Below are positions 24,099 to 26,998 of a stretch of DNA of 26,998 nucleotides, in pieces. The position numbers and the translations under genes are program-made. The stretch is taken from IMG/VR virus record IMGVR_UViG_3300032893_002794; one strand, 5' to 3'. Every line of letters starts with the position of its first letter. The stretch's first letter is position 1. This stretch comes from an uncultured virus (IMG/VR IMGVR_UViG_3300032893_002794). Its lineage: Duplodnaviria; Heunggongvirae; Uroviricota; Caudoviricetes. Below the pieces are notes generated by a model. It saw nothing but the letters and a program-made list of their open reading frames with translations. It searched no databases and was not told the DNA's origin.

Positions 24099-25315
24099 CC
24101 ACACTAGTTGTCCCAATACAACAGAAACCATGGTGCGTGCTGCCCAACATACCCGTAGGAGGGCTCGGCAACGGAACGACCGACTACAAGAGCTTCTGGC
24201 TCATCGTCAAGCAGATATTAACCAACAACGCCCTCTTCTCGGGACTCTGGCTCGACGTGCACGGTGCCTCCGTAGCAGCACCCACAGCGTGCAGCGTCGT
24301 GCTGTCATGCAACTCCGCCGCTGCGCCTGCCAGCCAGAGCGACACCACCGACCGCTGGAACAGCACCTCTGACATAGTTATGTCAGCCTCCGGCGCCCTC
24401 TTCACAGCCCACTCGTGGATCGTACTGGGATTCCCTGGTGTAGGTGCTCAAGCCCAGCTCCTCATAGACCTCCGCAACATAAGCGGCACCAACTACGTCC
24501 AGCTCTCATCGATATTCGAAGCCGGAGCAGCACCTACTGCCTCACAACAAGGAGGCCTCCTCTTCTCACACGACGGTGGCTTCAACACTGCCGGACAGTA
24601 CGGATCAACCACCACGAGGCCCTGGTGCGTCGATGAAGTGCAAATATACAACCGTCGCGCATCTTCAGCCGCCGTGACCTACCTGGGAGCACTTTCAGCA
24701 TCGAGCGACTGGGCCGGAAAACTCCACACCATGAGGACCCAGGACGGCTCCATCACCCGGATGGTGTTCTGCCAGAACGGCGTCCCCATCTGGTTCTTGT
24801 TCCTCGAGGTCCCAGCCGAACCGTTCCACACCAACACCTCACCCGACTACGTCTGGAACTCCGACAACATCCCCTGGGTGGGCGCCTGCTACGGATCTGC
24901 CACAATAGTCTCGGCAGGCCTCTACAACGGCACCCCGAACTGGATGGGCACCGGAGCGAACTTCATCACTCGGATCGGGTCGAACACCAACCCGGCCGGA
25001 GCCGCTGGCAAGACCGTGCAGAACGTCTTCCCCGTCGGGGCCTACAGCGCCGCCTTCTCCGACTACCTCCTAGCTGCCAACGCCACGGCCGCCAACAACG
25101 GAGACGCCGGCTACCTACCCATGCCGCTCGGCCTGGCGTGCGGCATCGCCGGGTACGTCCAGCCCTGGTGCGGTCGCTTCTCCGACCTCTACCTCGTCGG
25201 CAACCAGCTCGCCGACGGCTCGGGCGCCGAAGACTCGTCGTCGAGCGGCTACTCGTGGCGCAAGCTCGGCAACTTCATGTTCCCCTGGTGCCGCGCTCTC
25301 ATCCAGCTCTCGTGA
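24095..25315 (+). CDS. Putative virion structural or receptor-binding protein (406 aa)
   Basis: True start is MTTLVVP at the ATGA overlap; G/S/A/N/W-rich beta composition. Confidence 0.7.
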   Translation: MTTLVVPIQQKPWCVLPNIPVGGLGNGTTDYKSFWLIVKQILTNNALFSGLWLDVHGASVAAPTACSVVLSCNSAAAPASQSDTTDRWNSTSDIVMSASGALFTAHSWIVLGFPGVGAQAQLLIDLRNISGTNYVQLSSIFEAGAAPTASQQGGLLFSHDGGFNTAGQYGSTTTRPWCVDEVQIYNRRASSAAVTYLGALSASSDWAGKLHTMRTQDGSITRMVFCQNGVPIWFLFLEVPAEPFHTNTSPDYVWNSDNIPWVGACYGSATIVSAGLYNGTPNWMGTGANFITRIGSNTNPAGAAGKTVQNVFPVGAYSAAFSDYLLAANATAANNGDAGYLPMPLGLACGIAGYVQPWCGRFSDLYLVGNQLADGSGAEDSSSSGYSWRKLGNFMFPWCRALIQLS

Positions 25316-25322
25316 GGAGCCC

Positions 25323-25601
25323 ATGGCCGTCCTGTACGTCGGACCAAACTTCTCTCCGGTGATCGACCCTATAGCCGGAAACCTCCCGAGCTTCCCCGTC
25401 ACGTACAACGGCAACATGCTAGTAAACCTGTCTAACGTACCGGGACTCGCCGGATGGCGGTCACGCATGTACTACATGCGCGGCACCAATACCCTCGGTA
25501 ACGTCGTCGAGTGGCTCGCCGGTACGGTAGACTCGACCGGCGCCGAGTACGACGGGCCGAACAAGCCCCTCGGAAACATCACGATCATCACGTACTTCTG
25601 A
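25323..25601 (+). CDS. Small putative structural protein
   Basis: GAGGAG SD; same unit as the fibre-like genes. Confidence 0.7.
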   Translation: MAVLYVGPNFSPVIDPIAGNLPSFPVTYNGNMLVNLSNVPGLAGWRSRMYYMRGTNTLGNVVEWLAGTVDSTGAEYDGPNKPLGNITIITYF

Positions 25602-25732
25602 CCGGACAAAGCCCCGGAGAAAGTAGGACCCAGCGCCTACTCCAACACCCCCGACACCAACTAGCCCCACGCGCACGATCGTCGTGACCGGAGCCACGGC
25701 CATCACGGTCGACGGCAAGAGCGTCTAGATCG

Positions 25733-25920
25733 CTCGCGGTTGTTAGGGCCCCTACACTGCTCTCGAGTTTGGAGAAACATAGCCACCTCGCAGTGTTCGA
25801 GCCCCTGCGCCGCCCATTATCCTCTGGTATCTAGACTCGCGGTGTTCGGACCCCCGCGCTGCCCTCGCGACCGGTCGCCTACTTTCACTCGCGGTGTTCT
25901 AGCCCCCACGCTGCCCTCGC
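25733..25920. repeat. Block 1 of spaced ~36-bp repeats (4 degenerate copies)
   Basis: Copies start at 25733, 25787, 25836 and 25888; consensus CTCGCRGTGTTCGGGCCCCYGCGCYGCCCTCGCGAC. Confidence 0.9.
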
Positions 25921-25940
25921 AAACTATCAACCCCATAGTC

Positions 25941-26114
25941 CTACAGACAAGAACCTCCTCCCGAAAGTTTGATGCGAAGGAAATTGGTCCTCTGAGAGGG
26001 CTGGAGGGCCAGACGGTCCAAGATCTGCTGCCTCTCCTGAACCTTAGACTCGGCGTGGAGAGCCCGCAGGACAGCCTCTCGTCGTTCCGCAGCCAACCGA
26101 CGCTTCTTCTTCAT
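25941..26114 (-). CDS. 57-aa basic partner protein coupled to the nucleotidyltransferase (absent from the ORF track)
   Basis: Hand translation MKKKRRLAAERREAVLRALHAESKVQERQQILDRLALQPSQRTNFLRIKLSGGGSCL; ATGA overlap and GGAGG SD. Confidence 0.7.
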   Translation of the reverse strand: MKKKRRLAAERREAVLRALHAESKVQERQQILDRLALQPSQRTNFLRIKLSGGGSCL

Positions 26115-26581
26115 CGGACCTCCATCTTACTACCTAAGACAAGGGTCTCCTCCAACACCGGGAGTGCCGCCACGTCTTTAGGACGACCAGCCGCCCTCTT
26201 GCTCGCGATGACGTCTCGAAGAGATGCCACCATCAGACTGGACCTGCCCAGAGAGATCTCTTCCGACCTCGACAGCAACGACTCAAACGACTTGATCCCG
26301 TCCATGACGCCCATCACGTCTACTTGCACCCCCAGGCGCCCAGAGATCCTGTAGAACCTCGACAGTGGATATTGCGGCTGAACCAGAGATCCACCGAGCT
26401 GTCGAGCCACCCCCCGCAACTTCTCCAAGTTTCGACGTGTCGGCCTGAACATGAAGTCAAAATCATCTGTCGTAACCGGAGCTCCTCGCAGTGCAGCCGC
26501 GGCACTCCCCACGAGCACGACCTCGAGTCCCTCCTGCGAAAACGCCGACGCTACTTCTTCGAGCAGCCCGCGCGCGTCCAT
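26111..26581 (-). CDS. Pol-beta-superfamily nucleotidyltransferase (AbiEii/AbiGii/DUF6036-like)
   Basis: VLVGSAAAALRG...TDDFDF (GS + DxD), third Asp in QVDVM, C-terminal IASKRAAGRPKD. Confidence 0.85.
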   Translation of the reverse strand: MDARGLLEEVASAFSQEGLEVVLVGSAAAALRGAPVTTDDFDFMFRPTRRNLEKLRGVARQLGGSLVQPQYPLSRFYRISGRLGVQVDVMGVMDGIKSFESLLSRSEEISLGRSSLMVASLRDVIASKRAAGRPKDVAALPVLEETLVLGSKMEVR

Positions 26582-26810
26582 CACGACTTGCCCCCCTGAG
26601 CCCGCTCGCCCAGATCTCTCTCGATCAGCATAGTCACATACTGGGAAAGAGAACGACATCGAGAACGAGCGAACGCTGCAGCCTTCCTGTGCACGTCCCT
26701 CGGTATGCTGACGCTCGTCTTAATGCACCTCTCCCTTTTGGTAAGTAATAACATACTACTTACATACCACCACTCTCACTCCAGTTCAACTTATCCGACC
26801 ATGCTGCTTA

Positions 26811-26980
26811 CTCGCGGATTTCGGGCCCCCGCGCCGCCCTCGCGACCAAGCAACCTTCGACCGTCGTTTGTTCGCAGTGTTCGGGCCCCCGCGCCGCCCT
26901 CGCGACAATGACATTGTGACCAGCTATCCCGGTGACGTGATCCCCTCGCAGTGTTCGGGCCCCTGCGCTGCCCTCGCGAC
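26811..26980. repeat. Block 2 of spaced 36-bp repeats (3 copies; may continue beyond the window)
   Basis: Copies at 26811-26846, 26871-26906 and 26945-26980 with unrelated 24-nt and 38-nt spacers. Confidence 0.92.
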
Positions 26981-26998
26981 GAACTCCCGCATCTCGAC

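Noticed and set aside
25733..26980. Canonical CRISPR array
   Set aside because: Spacers vary from about 13 to 38 nt, repeats are degenerate, there is no GAAAC-type end and no cas gene in the window; kept as an unexplained repeat.
1..26998. tRNA or rRNA genes
   Set aside because: No cloverleaf with T-loop GTTCRA and matching acceptor stem was found; the GTTCG in the repeats lacks tRNA context.

Overview
High-GC window from a large phage or phage-plasmid-like element; a Myxococcota-type host is inferred from a myxobacterial-style lipoprotein and the GC content, but this is not proven. The left arm (1-10792, minus strand) carries a transcription-factor trio (Fis-like HTH, FliA/WhiG-type sigma factor, RNA polymerase alpha-CTD-like protein), a protein-primed-type family B DNA polymerase, a UDG-like protein, an SMR-type membrane protein, a histone H1-like repeat protein, a wHTH-HerA-like ATPase and a probable SSB. 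After an AT-rich divergent control region (~10800-10965), the plus-strand arm encodes a SNF2 helicase with an inserted triple zinc ribbon, ParB, an RHH protein, a DUF2786-like protein and many small Cys-rich ORFs. Probable virion and receptor-binding proteins follow at 19966-25601. The right end has seven copies of a ~36-bp repeat with a covarying internal stem, split into two blocks by a nucleotidyltransferase plus small-partner cassette. No terminase, portal, HK97 capsid, integrase, cas gene, tRNA or rRNA was recognised. All calls come from reading motifs by eye; no database searches were run.
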